From NCBI GenBank assembly GCA_963621535.1, contig CAVFEQ010000003.1:5926-69925 (forward strand): a stretch of 64,000 nucleotides of DNA, given 5' to 3'. The notes beneath the pieces are model-generated. The model did not search any database. It was not told where the DNA came from and saw only the letters and a list, made by a program, of their open reading frames with translations. Below are positions 9,794 through 19,667 of the stretch, piece after piece. The position numbers and the translations under genes were made by a program. Origin of the DNA: Paludibacteraceae bacterium. GTDB lineage: Bacteria > Bacillota_I > Bacilli_A > RFN20 > CAG-826. The first letter of the stretch is position 1. Each line of letters opens with the position of its first letter.

Positions 9794-11164
9794 ATGATGA
9801 GCAAGAAAGCGAGCAAGCGCCTGCTTCTGGCGGGGCTTTGCGCCGCCGGGGCCCTCAGCGCCGCCCTCGGGGCCGCGCGTTGGGCGGAGACAGTCCCCGC
9901 CTTCGCCGAATCGTCTTTGACCGAGACCACGATCTCTTTGACCGGCGTGCAGATCAGGGCAGGCCAGCTGGTCCTGCTCTCGGATTCCTACAGCAGCGTG
10001 GCTACCAACGACAACGTCGAGAACGGCGCCGCCAACAGCGACCTCTCCGGAATCAGGCTCTACACTGTCAAAGACGGGTCCTTCGTGGAGAACTCGATCA
10101 CGTGGACGGGTATCATGAACTCGATATGGGGTCAGGCCGGTGGCTTCGTCACCTTCCCCGAGTTCAACAACGGTCTCGACGGCGAGAAGGTCTACAAGGC
10201 GTTCGTCCCGGGGGGCACGAAGATCGCCGTCTCATCGACGGAGGCCTTCGTCGTCGACAAGGACTACACCTTCTTCAACAAGAACTACGGGAACACGGGG
10301 GACGCTTTCTTTTGGACCACCACCCCGTACCTGCCCTACACAAACGTCTGCCCGGAGCTCTCCCTGACCGGCGTCCAGATGCGCTGTGTCGATATTACGA
10401 ACGACAATTACAACTTCCTAGTCCTGATCTCCAGTTCGCACGAAGGGACGATCGCCAACGCGGACCTTGAGAACGGGCTGGCTTGCAGCGACCTCTCCGG
10501 GATCAGGCTCTACACCGTTGGTTCAGACGGCGAGCTCGTGGGGAACGCGATCACACCGAACCACCTCGCCCAAAACTGGTGGGGCCAGCCCGGCGCCTTC
10601 ATCGCCTTCAACGAATACAGCAAAGGGGTGGATGGGTCGAGCGTCTACAAGATCTACGTGCCGAAGGGCACGAAGCTCTTCCTCGCCGACGCGGAAAAAG
10701 GCCAGACCTACACCGTTGACAAGGACTACACCTTTTACAACCTCAATTACGGAGACGAATCGAAAAAGACCGGATCCTTCGATTGGACCAGCAACGGAGA
10801 GAGTTGGGATGTTGAGGCTTTTGTTAATAATTATATGCATCCAGAAATAGTCGATACTGAATCTGGTGCGGGCGCTTGCTTGGGAGAAGGCGGCTATTAC
10901 GCCAAAGCCAAAGCCGCTTACGACAAGCTTTCAGATGTTGCCAAGAACCTCTTCGACACCGGTTCTGCCTACGCCGCTTATAAGCAGCGTTTCGATGCTT
11001 GGGCTACCGCAAACGGGGATGTCGCCAACAAGTCTGGCGTTCTCTCTTTGCTTTCTAAAAACGGCAGCAGCGACACCCTTGGCATTACTGTTGTTGCTAT
11101 TGCCGCAGGAATTACCGCATTGGCTGCTTCCTTGCTCGTTTTTTATAAGAAAAAGCATCAATAA
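9794..11164 (+). CDS. membrane-anchored cell-surface repeat protein, paralog A
   Basis: RBS AAGGAGA sits 7 nt before ATG 9794 (MMSKKASKR...). The signal peptide is followed by two ~150-aa repeats (SLTGVQxR...SDLSGIRLYTV...QPGGF...KGTKIAVSST..VDKDYTFYN.NYG) and a C-terminal TM helix plus KKK tail. No LPXTG. About 60% GC. Confidence 0.8.
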   Translation: MMSKKASKRLLLAGLCAAGALSAALGAARWAETVPAFAESSLTETTISLTGVQIRAGQLVLLSDSYSSVATNDNVENGAANSDLSGIRLYTVKDGSFVENSITWTGIMNSIWGQAGGFVTFPEFNNGLDGEKVYKAFVPGGTKIAVSSTEAFVVDKDYTFFNKNYGNTGDAFFWTTTPYLPYTNVCPELSLTGVQMRCVDITNDNYNFLVLISSSHEGTIANADLENGLACSDLSGIRLYTVGSDGELVGNAITPNHLAQNWWGQPGAFIAFNEYSKGVDGSSVYKIYVPKGTKLFLADAEKGQTYTVDKDYTFYNLNYGDESKKTGSFDWTSNGESWDVEAFVNNYMHPEIVDTESGAGACLGEGGYYAKAKAAYDKLSDVAKNLFDTGSAYAAYKQRFDAWATANGDVANKSGVLSLLSKNGSSDTLGITVVAIAAGITALAASLLVFYKKKHQ

Positions 11165-11601
11165 TCTTACAAAGGTGCTTCTTGCCCCGGGCTTACCGGG
11201 GCTTTTGATTTTGAGAACTAGGCTCAATCGCCATTATGAAATCATCCGTTTGGATAACACCCATGCGACTTCAAAAAACCTTCTATCCGAAAACCGAAGG
11301 AAGCAGAACAACTTTTAAAACGCATCCGGTTCTCTTCTGTTATTTTAGAGTGTTGAAACGTTATTGAACGGAGACTTTTTGTGTATGGAGACATGAGGAA
11401 CTTTTGAAGTCAAAAAGACGGCCGCTCAAGACCGTCGACGGCCTTTGAAATAAAAGCCAAAAGATTTTAAATTGGTTAAAAAGTCGTTATAGGACATTTT
11501 CGATGCGCTTTAGTTCATTTTTATCGATGATGTAAGCGCTTTATAATCTACTAAATCAATTTTAGGCCGTCCCGGTGGCGGCCAGTTAAGGAGAAAAGCC
11601 T

Positions 11602-13953
11602 ATGATGAGCAAGAAAGCGAGCAAGCGCGTGCTTCTGGCGGGGCTTTGCGCCGCCGGGGCCCTCGGCGCCGCCCTCGGGGCCGCGCGCTGGGCGGAAACA
11701 GTCCCCGCCTCCGCCGAATCGTCTTTGACCGAGACCGAGATCTCTTTGACCGGCATCCAGCTTAGGGCGCTGAACCTCGACAGCCCACGGTACACCTATC
11801 TGGTCCTGCTCTCGCCTTCCTACGCCGAAGTGGCCGCCAACGAAGAAGTCACGGACGGCTTAGCCAATAGCGACCTCTCCGGGATCAGGCTCTACACCGT
11901 CGACGAGGACGGGGAGCTCGCGGGGAAGACGATCACGCCCAACCACATCGAGACCACAAAATGGACACAGCCCGGCGGCTTCGTCGCCTTCAACGAGTTC
12001 AAGAATGGCCTCGACGGTGAGAAGGTCTACAAGGCGTTCATCCCAAAGGGCACGAAGATCGCCGTCTCATCGACGCAGGCCTTCGTCGTCGACAAGGACT
12101 ACACCTTCTTCAACAAGAACTACGGGAACGCGGAAGCTAAGCTTGAATCCTTTGCTTGGGCCGCCACTCCCTGCGCCCCCTACACAGACGTCTGCCCGGA
12201 GCTCTCCCTGACCGGCGTCCAGATGCGCTGCCTGGACGGCGTCACCACGAATGACTATTACAACTATCTCGTCCTGATCTCCAGTTCGCACGAAGGGATG
12301 ATCAGCGCCGAAAACCTCGAGAACGGGCTGCTCTATAGCGACCTCTCCGGGATCAGGCTCTACACCGTTGGTTCAGACGGCGAGCTCGTGGGGAACGCGA
12401 TCACACCGAACCACCTCGCCCAAAACTGGTGGGGCCAGCCCGGCGCCTTCATCGCCTTCAACGAATACAGCAAAGGGGTGGATGGGTCGAGCGTCTACAA
12501 GATCTACGTGCCGAAGGGCACGAAGCTCTTCCTCGCCGACGCGGAGAAAGGCCAAGTCTACTCCGTCGACCAGGACTACGCCTTCTACAACGTCAATTAT
12601 AGGAATGAGGAGAAAAAGGGCGAATCCTTGGATTGGTGCCCAACGCCCAGCACGCTACCTACTTTCGAGGAGACCGAGATCTCTTTGACCGGCATCCAGC
12701 TTAGGGCGCCAGGCCTCGAAAGCCCATGGTACACCTATCTGGTCCTGCTCTCGCCTTCCTACGCCGAAGTGGCCGCAAACGAAGAAGTCGCAAGCGGCTT
12801 GGCCAATAGCGACCTCTCCGGGATCAGGCTCTACACCGTCGACGAGGACGGTGAGCTCGTGGGGAACGCGATCACGCCCAACCACATCGAGACCACGAAA
12901 TGGGGCCAGCCCGGCGGCTTCATCGGTTTCGACGAGTTCAAGGACGGCCTCGACGGCGAGAAGGTCTACAAGGCGTTCATCCCAAAGGGCACGAAGATCG
13001 CCGTCTCCTCGACGCAGGCCTTCGTCATTGACAGAGACTACACCTTCTACAACACGAACTATGGGAATGAGAAAGCGAAGCTCGAGTCCTTCTCCTGGCA
13101 GGAAACATCTCTGCCCTACGAAGTGGAAAATACAGGCTCCATACACATTAGGGGCGTCACCAACCAATCCGACGGGGATAGCCGTTGGCTAATCGTCTAT
13201 CTTGACGATAAACAATATCCAGAAACCAACAAGGACGGGACTTTCTACGATGCGCTTGGGCTAAGCAATGTTCTCGACAAGATTTACCTCTATTCTTCTA
13301 GCGACATCAGCAAAGAACCCATCAAACTGAGGGATATCTTCACGGGCTTTATCACTCTTGGCCAGTTTAGTTCCAAAGACGCCTTGGGCTTCACCATTAA
13401 AAACGACGAAAGCGTGAATGGGACCAATCTTTACGCGGTGAGCATCGAAGAAGGCTGCGAGATTCCTCTTGAAGAAGACGGGGCCTACACCAAACGCACC
13501 GTTGCTTCCAAAGTCACGTTCTTGAACAACAACTATGGCAAGAGCGGCGATATCCCAGGGGAGACAGGCAAAGACAAACGCACCTACGAAGATTGGTCCA
13601 TTGATTGGACCAAGGGCGCCTTCCTGACTTACACGGTTGTTGGAGCGGATTTAAGCTTCCAAAAAGTTTGCCTGCCCGTTGGCTCGCAAATCGATGCGTC
13701 TTCCTTCGCCTTAGACGGTTACGAAGTGACGATCCAAGACAATCTTGGCTACACCTACTACGAGCAGATCATCGTTCCTGAAAGTGATGCGGTGATCACC
13801 TTGACCTATAGCAAGAAAACGATCGAGCCTGAGGAAACGCCAAAAGAATCCTCTTCTAACTGGGTTGTATGGGCTTTTGTTGGGGTCGGAGCCGCGCTCG
13901 GCGCGGGTCTAGTTGCCGTCTTGGTGGTAGTCATCAAGAAAAAGAAGGCGTAA
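11602..13953 (+). CDS. membrane-anchored cell-surface repeat protein, paralog B
   Basis: 783 aa. Signal peptide nearly identical to paralog A. Three repeats, with an A-type repeat at 11740-12200 and again at 12680-13130 flanking a B-type repeat at 12200-12670. These are followed by a unique ~250-aa lower-GC domain and a C-terminal TM plus KKKK tail. Confidence 0.8.
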   Translation: MMSKKASKRVLLAGLCAAGALGAALGAARWAETVPASAESSLTETEISLTGIQLRALNLDSPRYTYLVLLSPSYAEVAANEEVTDGLANSDLSGIRLYTVDEDGELAGKTITPNHIETTKWTQPGGFVAFNEFKNGLDGEKVYKAFIPKGTKIAVSSTQAFVVDKDYTFFNKNYGNAEAKLESFAWAATPCAPYTDVCPELSLTGVQMRCLDGVTTNDYYNYLVLISSSHEGMISAENLENGLLYSDLSGIRLYTVGSDGELVGNAITPNHLAQNWWGQPGAFIAFNEYSKGVDGSSVYKIYVPKGTKLFLADAEKGQVYSVDQDYAFYNVNYRNEEKKGESLDWCPTPSTLPTFEETEISLTGIQLRAPGLESPWYTYLVLLSPSYAEVAANEEVASGLANSDLSGIRLYTVDEDGELVGNAITPNHIETTKWGQPGGFIGFDEFKDGLDGEKVYKAFIPKGTKIAVSSTQAFVIDRDYTFYNTNYGNEKAKLESFSWQETSLPYEVENTGSIHIRGVTNQSDGDSRWLIVYLDDKQYPETNKDGTFYDALGLSNVLDKIYLYSSSDISKEPIKLRDIFTGFITLGQFSSKDALGFTIKNDESVNGTNLYAVSIEEGCEIPLEEDGAYTKRTVASKVTFLNNNYGKSGDIPGETGKDKRTYEDWSIDWTKGAFLTYTVVGADLSFQKVCLPVGSQIDASSFALDGYEVTIQDNLGYTYYEQIIVPESDAVITLTYSKKTIEPEETPKESSSNWVVWAFVGVGAALGAGLVAVLVVVIKKKKA

Positions 13954-13961
13954 GGAAAGGG

Positions 13962-16469
13962 ATGGTTATGAACATGAAAAACAACAAATTCGGTAAACGC
14001 ATTTACTTTGTCGCCCTTTTGCTCCCCTGCATCTGCGCCTGTTCCAACTCCGGAAGCAAAGGAGGGGACGAGCCGCTTGCTGTCTATGAAGGCAAGGACT
14101 TCCATTTCTCTTCCAGCAAAGGCGATGACCTTGATTGCCTTAACGAACTCAATAAGCGGATGCTCCGCTATGACGAAGACACGCGGGTCGGGGATATCGA
14201 GATTCCTGAAGGGGTCGCGTTCAACATGGGTTGGGAGACTTCAGCCCTTGTTTGGCATAACGCCACCGAGGAAGGGGTCGGCAAAGACTGCTTCTCACCC
14301 ATTTACAGCTTCCTCCAAAATGCCGGGCAAGATGATTACGGCTATGTTTACGACCTAAGCCTCTTCCGCGAATCCAGTTTTCAAGTCAACAACTCAGGGC
14401 TTTGGAACCTCCCTCAGGGATGGCCTTTCCCCTATTGGAAAACCTCCGTCGACAATCTTCTCACCGATTCCGCGGATTACGACAACGTCCATTTCACGAC
14501 CTTCGAATTTGACTCGGCCAACGAACCAACGAGCAAAAACTGGGAATGCGAGAACGGGAAGGCGGAGATTGGCTACGACGGCTATATGAACCTCTCTTTG
14601 GATTCCTCCATCGAAAAAGGGAAATCCTTGACCGTCACGAACACCCGCTTAAGCGACTACCTTCGCCTGTGCGGAGGCATCGATACCACGCACGCCTCCT
14701 TCATTGAGATCGACCTTGATTTTTCTTCCACGAATCTCGACGATTTCTATTTCCTTTGGCAGACAAAAGAGGGGGGCGACACTTGGTATCGCGCCTCAAG
14801 CAAAGAATACATGACGGTCTATAACGATTCTTTCGCTTCTTATGGCGCCCACACCTACTGGCCGATGTACCTTGATGAGAACTGGGCCGGCAAGACCGTG
14901 ACTTCCATCGGAATCGAGTTCGCCCCGAAAGAAGGCGAAGCGTTGAACCTAAGCAACGCGCGCATCAATTACATTCGCCCCGCCTACGATACCCGTCAGC
15001 CACAATTCACATTCCAGTGGCTCGACTCTTTCTATGATTACGTCGTCTACAAAAGGGATCTCGACGCTTTGACGAAGCTCATGCCCAAGGCGCGGAGGGC
15101 GCTTCTTAATCTCACCCACTGCCTCAAAGGCGAATCCGGCCTTTTGAATTTGGACTACCTTTATGGCCATAACGGCATCGGGACCACGATCAACGAGGAT
15201 GGCACGCTGGAGATTCATCCTGGGCAAGGGATCGGCTCAAGCTATTGGGACGTCCTTGCTCTCCCTACCATCAACCTTGAATCCAACGCCTACTTCTATG
15301 GCTGCGTCAAGAAGATGGCCGTCTTGGAGAAAGCCTGCGAAGATTACAACCTGGACATCGAAGGCACTTCCATCAAAAACCGTTCCCTAGGCCAGGAGAA
15401 AGTCGTCTACGACTACACTTCCAGCAAGCTCACCGAGCTCGCCTCGCTCATCAAAGCGACGTTTGAAAAAGACATAAAACCCGCGCAGCAAGCCGATGGA
15501 AGCTGGGTGAATGAGGGAGGGCTTTGGAACCCTGCGACCGGGCGTTTCGCCTTGGGGGTGAGGGAAAGCGATGGCGCTATCCTCGACCATGGCTACATCT
15601 ACTTCAATGAGCAAGCGATCTGCGCAGGCTTAGGGAGTTCCTCCCAGCGCCTTTCGACGATGAATTGGATCGACGGGAAAAGGATCGTTGAAGGAGATGA
15701 TTCCACCGGAGAGGACATCTATTTCTACGAATTCGCCCCCCGCTTCACAACCAAAGACAACAGCGAGCAAATCAATTTCACTTTGGTGAACACTTTCTTT
15801 GAAGAGGGCGGCTATTACGATGAATACGGCAGCCTTTTCTCTAGGCAAGTCCAATGCGGAGGGGCCGTCCTCTGCTGGAGCTATTATGACCTCCTCGCCC
15901 GCGCAGAGGTTCTTGGAAGAGAGAACGCCTTAAGCCGCCTTGAAGGAGTCGCCTCTTGGTATAAGAAAGTCCAAGAGGGAACAAGCGGGACAGGCACGGA
16001 TTTCTTCGCCGACTATTATGAGATCTTAGAAAGCGAGGATTGGAAAGGATATTACGTCCTGCAAAACGCGGAGGGCGGAGGCCCTGGCGCACTTGGCCTA
16101 GACGGGGAATTCCTTGAAAACAGCCTCTTCGCGCGCTCGCTTCCTAGCGCAATCCTCGGGATGGAGGTCGATTCCTTCGATCATCTAAGCTTCTGCAACG
16201 ATTCTTTAGAGGGGCTAAACGCGATCCGCGCGGACAACCTTAAATTCGGAAACGCGACTTATAGCGTGAAAATGGACGCCACCTCCTTTGAAATCTCTAA
16301 CCTCAAAGGAGGCGTGTTCGAGAAAACAAAGCTTTCCCTTCGCTTCAAAAAGCCTGGTGGCAGTTTCACCGTGGAAGTCGATGGGAAAATAAGCACGGAT
16401 TATGCAGTTGAAGGCGACTATATCTCTATGGAGCTGCCTTTAACGAATATCGTGGTAAACGTAAAATAA
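13962..16469 (+). CDS. large predicted lipoprotein of unknown family (possible extracellular glycan-active enzyme)
   Basis: Start chosen at ATG 13962, after AGGAAAGGG. The N-terminus MVMNMKNNKFGKRIYFVALLLPCICACSNSG looks like a lipoprotein signal. No family motif recognised by eye. It is the first gene of the carbohydrate operon. Confidence 0.6.
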   Translation: MVMNMKNNKFGKRIYFVALLLPCICACSNSGSKGGDEPLAVYEGKDFHFSSSKGDDLDCLNELNKRMLRYDEDTRVGDIEIPEGVAFNMGWETSALVWHNATEEGVGKDCFSPIYSFLQNAGQDDYGYVYDLSLFRESSFQVNNSGLWNLPQGWPFPYWKTSVDNLLTDSADYDNVHFTTFEFDSANEPTSKNWECENGKAEIGYDGYMNLSLDSSIEKGKSLTVTNTRLSDYLRLCGGIDTTHASFIEIDLDFSSTNLDDFYFLWQTKEGGDTWYRASSKEYMTVYNDSFASYGAHTYWPMYLDENWAGKTVTSIGIEFAPKEGEALNLSNARINYIRPAYDTRQPQFTFQWLDSFYDYVVYKRDLDALTKLMPKARRALLNLTHCLKGESGLLNLDYLYGHNGIGTTINEDGTLEIHPGQGIGSSYWDVLALPTINLESNAYFYGCVKKMAVLEKACEDYNLDIEGTSIKNRSLGQEKVVYDYTSSKLTELASLIKATFEKDIKPAQQADGSWVNEGGLWNPATGRFALGVRESDGAILDHGYIYFNEQAICAGLGSSSQRLSTMNWIDGKRIVEGDDSTGEDIYFYEFAPRFTTKDNSEQINFTLVNTFFEEGGYYDEYGSLFSRQVQCGGAVLCWSYYDLLARAEVLGRENALSRLEGVASWYKKVQEGTSGTGTDFFADYYEILESEDWKGYYVLQNAEGGGPGALGLDGEFLENSLFARSLPSAILGMEVDSFDHLSFCNDSLEGLNAIRADNLKFGNATYSVKMDATSFEISNLKGGVFEKTKLSLRFKKPGGSFTVEVDGKISTDYAVEGDYISMELPLTNIVVNVK

Positions 16470-16485
16470 GGAAAGGAACATCACC

Positions 16486-17850
16486 ATGAACAAACAAAGC
16501 AAAATCATTCTTCTTAGCTCTACTCTTTTGGCAACGGCCCTTACCGTTGCTAGCTGCGGAGGAGATCAGAATACCGGCGATAGCGCCAACCCGGCGGTGA
16601 ACCTCAAAATCGCCGTCACCAGCGATAAGACCGAGACCAGCATCGCAGAAGCCCTCATCAAGGGCTTCAACCAGACCGAAGGCAACAAGAACGTCAAAAT
16701 CTCCGTCGTGAAAATCACCCAGGGCTATGACAGCTACATCCAGAAGAACTGGGGCAAGTCCACGATGGCCGATCTCATCTCCGTTTACGACTACAACGCC
16801 GAATACTGGACTTCAATGAACCTCTTCAAGCCCCTTTCCACCTACATGGAAAGAGATGGCGTTAACGAGGAAGATTACGTCTCCTCCATGTTCAACTTAG
16901 GGAAATCCGGGACCGATGACACTTATTATTGGCTCCCTCGCGATTACAACAAAGTCGTCGTTTGCTACAACACCGAGATCTTTGAGGCGGCCGGGATCAG
17001 CAAGCCTAGCGACAACTGGACGATGGAGGATTTCGAGCAGACCTGCAAGACGCTTTTGGAGAAGAGCGAAGAAATCAAGAAGGTCACCGGCAAGTACGAC
17101 TTCTGGCCGGCGGAGATGAACCTCAAATGGACCGCGGTTTATTATCCCTACATCAAATCCTATGGCGGCGGCTTCCTTGCGGACGATGGGACTTGCTTCA
17201 AAAACCCGGACATCGTGAAATCCTCCCTTCTCAAACTTTTGAAATACGCAGACCCGACCGACAGCGCGAACTATCCCGGTCTTGGCTATAGCAACCCCAT
17301 CGGGCAAGCCGACGATCAGGCCTGCTTCGTCAATAAAAAAGCGGCGATGATTTTCACGGTGCGCCCGAACATCCAGAGCTTTGCAAAGAATCTGAATAAC
17401 AACATCGACTTCGTTTCCTTGCCCTCAATCACCGATAACGACGGAAAGACATCGTATATCGGCTCGGGCTGCTCAGGGTATACCATCACAACCAACTGCA
17501 GCGACGATAAAGTCGAGGCCGCTTGGCGTTTCTTGAAATACATCGTTTCGAAGGAAGGCCAGGAAGTTCTTGGCAAAACCGGCAGCGGCATCCCCGTGCT
17601 TTCCTCTCTTCTAAACGATTCCTCTTCCGCATGGAAAAACTTCATCTCGAAGGATCTCAATCACGACGCCTTCACCAAGTTCCCTGAGCGCGACCTCTCC
17701 ATGAATTACGTTCATGGCTTCAAAGCCAACAAGCAGCTCACCATTTATAAGGAATTCAAAGACAGTCTGATCTTCTCCATGTACAACAGCGAAGACCGCG
17801 ACGAGGAATTCGCTGCCTTCAAAGCCAAAATTGACGCGCTGATTGCCTAA
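16486..17850 (+). CDS. ABC transporter extracellular solute-binding lipoprotein (CUT1 sugar family)
   Basis: 454 aa. Lipobox LTVASCGG. Length and composition typical of a sugar-binding protein. Followed by MalF/MalG-like permeases. Confidence 0.85.
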   Translation: MNKQSKIILLSSTLLATALTVASCGGDQNTGDSANPAVNLKIAVTSDKTETSIAEALIKGFNQTEGNKNVKISVVKITQGYDSYIQKNWGKSTMADLISVYDYNAEYWTSMNLFKPLSTYMERDGVNEEDYVSSMFNLGKSGTDDTYYWLPRDYNKVVVCYNTEIFEAAGISKPSDNWTMEDFEQTCKTLLEKSEEIKKVTGKYDFWPAEMNLKWTAVYYPYIKSYGGGFLADDGTCFKNPDIVKSSLLKLLKYADPTDSANYPGLGYSNPIGQADDQACFVNKKAAMIFTVRPNIQSFAKNLNNNIDFVSLPSITDNDGKTSYIGSGCSGYTITTNCSDDKVEAAWRFLKYIVSKEGQEVLGKTGSGIPVLSSLLNDSSSAWKNFISKDLNHDAFTKFPERDLSMNYVHGFKANKQLTIYKEFKDSLIFSMYNSEDRDEEFAAFKAKIDALIA

Positions 17851-17903
17851 AAAGCCTCACCTTCGAAGGCATTCTTCGAAGGTTTTGCCGTGGAAGGAGG
17901 GTT

Positions 17904-18815
17904 ATGAAAGCCTCTACGAAGAAAATAATAAAAAACAACGTTACAGGATACTTGCTTCTGCTGCCGTTTTTAGTTGGGCTAATCGGCTTCACGGCCTATC
18001 CCTTGCTTTTGGCGTTATGGCAGAGCTTTTTCAAAGACTATAGCCCCGTGACGGGATATGACTTCGCCGACTTCGGATTCGAGAATTACATCAACGCATT
18101 TACGAGCCAAAGCGTGCAGCGTTCCATTTGTCTCACTCTTGTCTATGCGGCGATTACGATCCCCTTTGGGCTCGTCGTCTCCTTCCTCCTCGCCTATTTG
18201 CTCAGTTTGCCAATCAAAGGCACTAAAATATTCCGCGTTTTGGTCTACTTGCCAGCGTTGATCCCTAGCATCGTCTCCGCTTCTATCTACAAGTACATGT
18301 TCGGTCCTGACGAATTCGGGCTGATCAATCAGCTTCTTATTGGCCTAGGAAGAGAGCCGAGCAAGCTTTTGGAATCGCCTGAGCAAAGCATCGCGGTGCT
18401 GAGCTTATTCTTAACCGGCATCTTCGGCTACGGCTGCAGCTCGCCGATGTGGATCGCAGGGTTCAACAGCGTTCCAACTGACGTCTACGAAGCGGCGTTC
18501 GTCGATGGATCTTCCAAACCGAGAACCTTTTTCAAAATCACCATCCCCCTCATGGGAAGATTCATTTTCTTCCAACTGCTTGGCTCCCTCATCGGGACTT
18601 TGCAGATCGGGGAATCCGTCCTCATGCTTTCAAGCAGAGGAGGCTTCGGAGAGAACCTCAACTTCTATGGCTTGATGATCTATAACCAAACCACAGACGG
18701 CATCGGGAACTATGGCTTTGCAAGCGCTTTGTCCTATCTCCTCTTCATTGTGATCGCCTTGCTTTCCATCGCGACGTTCCAAGCGAATAAAAAAACCTAC
18801 ATGGAGGGCATTTGA
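17904..18815 (+). CDS. ABC sugar transporter permease (MalF/UgpA-like)
   Basis: 303 aa. Six TMs and an EAA-like loop region (EAAFVDGSS). Confidence 0.85.
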   Translation: MKASTKKIIKNNVTGYLLLLPFLVGLIGFTAYPLLLALWQSFFKDYSPVTGYDFADFGFENYINAFTSQSVQRSICLTLVYAAITIPFGLVVSFLLAYLLSLPIKGTKIFRVLVYLPALIPSIVSASIYKYMFGPDEFGLINQLLIGLGREPSKLLESPEQSIAVLSLFLTGIFGYGCSSPMWIAGFNSVPTDVYEAAFVDGSSKPRTFFKITIPLMGRFIFFQLLGSLIGTLQIGESVLMLSSRGGFGENLNFYGLMIYNQTTDGIGNYGFASALSYLLFIVIALLSIATFQANKKTYMEGI

Positions 18816-18816
18816 G

Positions 18817-19665
18817 ATGGAGCATTTCAAAATGAAATTTTGGGAGAAGGCCATCATTTACGTTATTTTGACCTTCTTCTCCCTCTTGGCTATCGTCCCC
18901 ACCTTTGTTCTGGTTTCTAGAAGTTTTTTCTCCCTTGATGAGATCACTAGCCTTGGGGCGGGGGTCTTCCCTCATAGTCCCACTCTCGACGCCTATGTGA
19001 CGGCCTTTACCGACGAGGGTTTCTTGACGTCTTTAAAAAACACTCTTCTTACCTGTCTATGCGCGGTCATCGGGGTGCCTTTAACCGCCTTCATGGCCGC
19101 TTACGCCTTCACGCGCATCAAATTCTTCGGCCGGAGATTTTGGTTCCTCTTGGGGCTTGGCACCATCATGATCCCAAGCATCTTGCTCTTGATTCCCGTC
19201 TATTCGATCTTCGTGGATATGGGATGGACCAACACCCTGCTGCCCCTTACCGTGACTTATTTCTTCGGCGGAGGCATCATGAACATCTTCCTCATCATGC
19301 AGTTCATACGCGGATTGCCAAAAGACATGTATGAGGCCGCCGAAATCGACGGCGCAGGGACGTTGCGTCAGATGTTCCAGCTTACCTTGCCTTTGGTGAA
19401 GCCTGTGGTTGCTTATGCTGCCGTCACCGCCTTTATCGGCGCCTGGAATGACGTCATGCGCCCATTGATGTACAACGATTTATCCGAATATTACACGGTC
19501 AACCAATACATCTACATCACTTATCTGCAGCAAACCGCGACGATGGATGCGCTGCCAAACGTCCAAATGGCCCTTGGGGTCATCCTCATGATTCCGATGC
19601 TCATCATTTTCATCGTCTTCCAAAAGCAACTGATTGAGGGCATCCGCCTCTCGGGAGAGAAATAA
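18817..19665 (+). CDS. ABC sugar transporter permease (MalG/UgpE-like)
   Basis: 282 aa. EAA motif (YEAAEIDGAGTLRQMFQLTLPL). 2-nt gap to the previous gene. Confidence 0.85.
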   Translation: MEHFKMKFWEKAIIYVILTFFSLLAIVPTFVLVSRSFFSLDEITSLGAGVFPHSPTLDAYVTAFTDEGFLTSLKNTLLTCLCAVIGVPLTAFMAAYAFTRIKFFGRRFWFLLGLGTIMIPSILLLIPVYSIFVDMGWTNTLLPLTVTYFFGGGIMNIFLIMQFIRGLPKDMYEAAEIDGAGTLRQMFQLTLPLVKPVVAYAAVTAFIGAWNDVMRPLMYNDLSEYYTVNQYIYITYLQQTATMDALPNVQMALGVILMIPMLIIFIVFQKQLIEGIRLSGEK

Positions 19666-19667
19666 CC

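Noticed and set aside
9766-10470. Arg-rich 234-aa ORF overlapping surface-protein gene A in another frame, together with similar ORFs 12005..12211, 12368..12688, 12655..13167 (minus) and 12851..13192
   Set aside because: Alternative-frame products of the GC-rich repeat genes. The Arg/Pro/Ser-rich composition is typical of out-of-frame GC-rich DNA.
11165-11480. 315-bp spacer between the two surface-protein paralogs searched for a remnant third copy or a mobile element
   Set aside because: Contains only a terminator-like hairpin (CCCCGGG-ctta-CCGGGG, about 11190-11212) and a GGCCG/CGGCC hairpin near 11420. There is no coding potential and no inverted terminal repeats.
13869-13961. Upstream extension of the lipoprotein ORF (track start 13869) overlapping the end of surface-protein gene B
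   Set aside because: No RBS at 13869. A good RBS (AGGAAAGGG) precedes ATG 13962, which gives a proper signal peptide.
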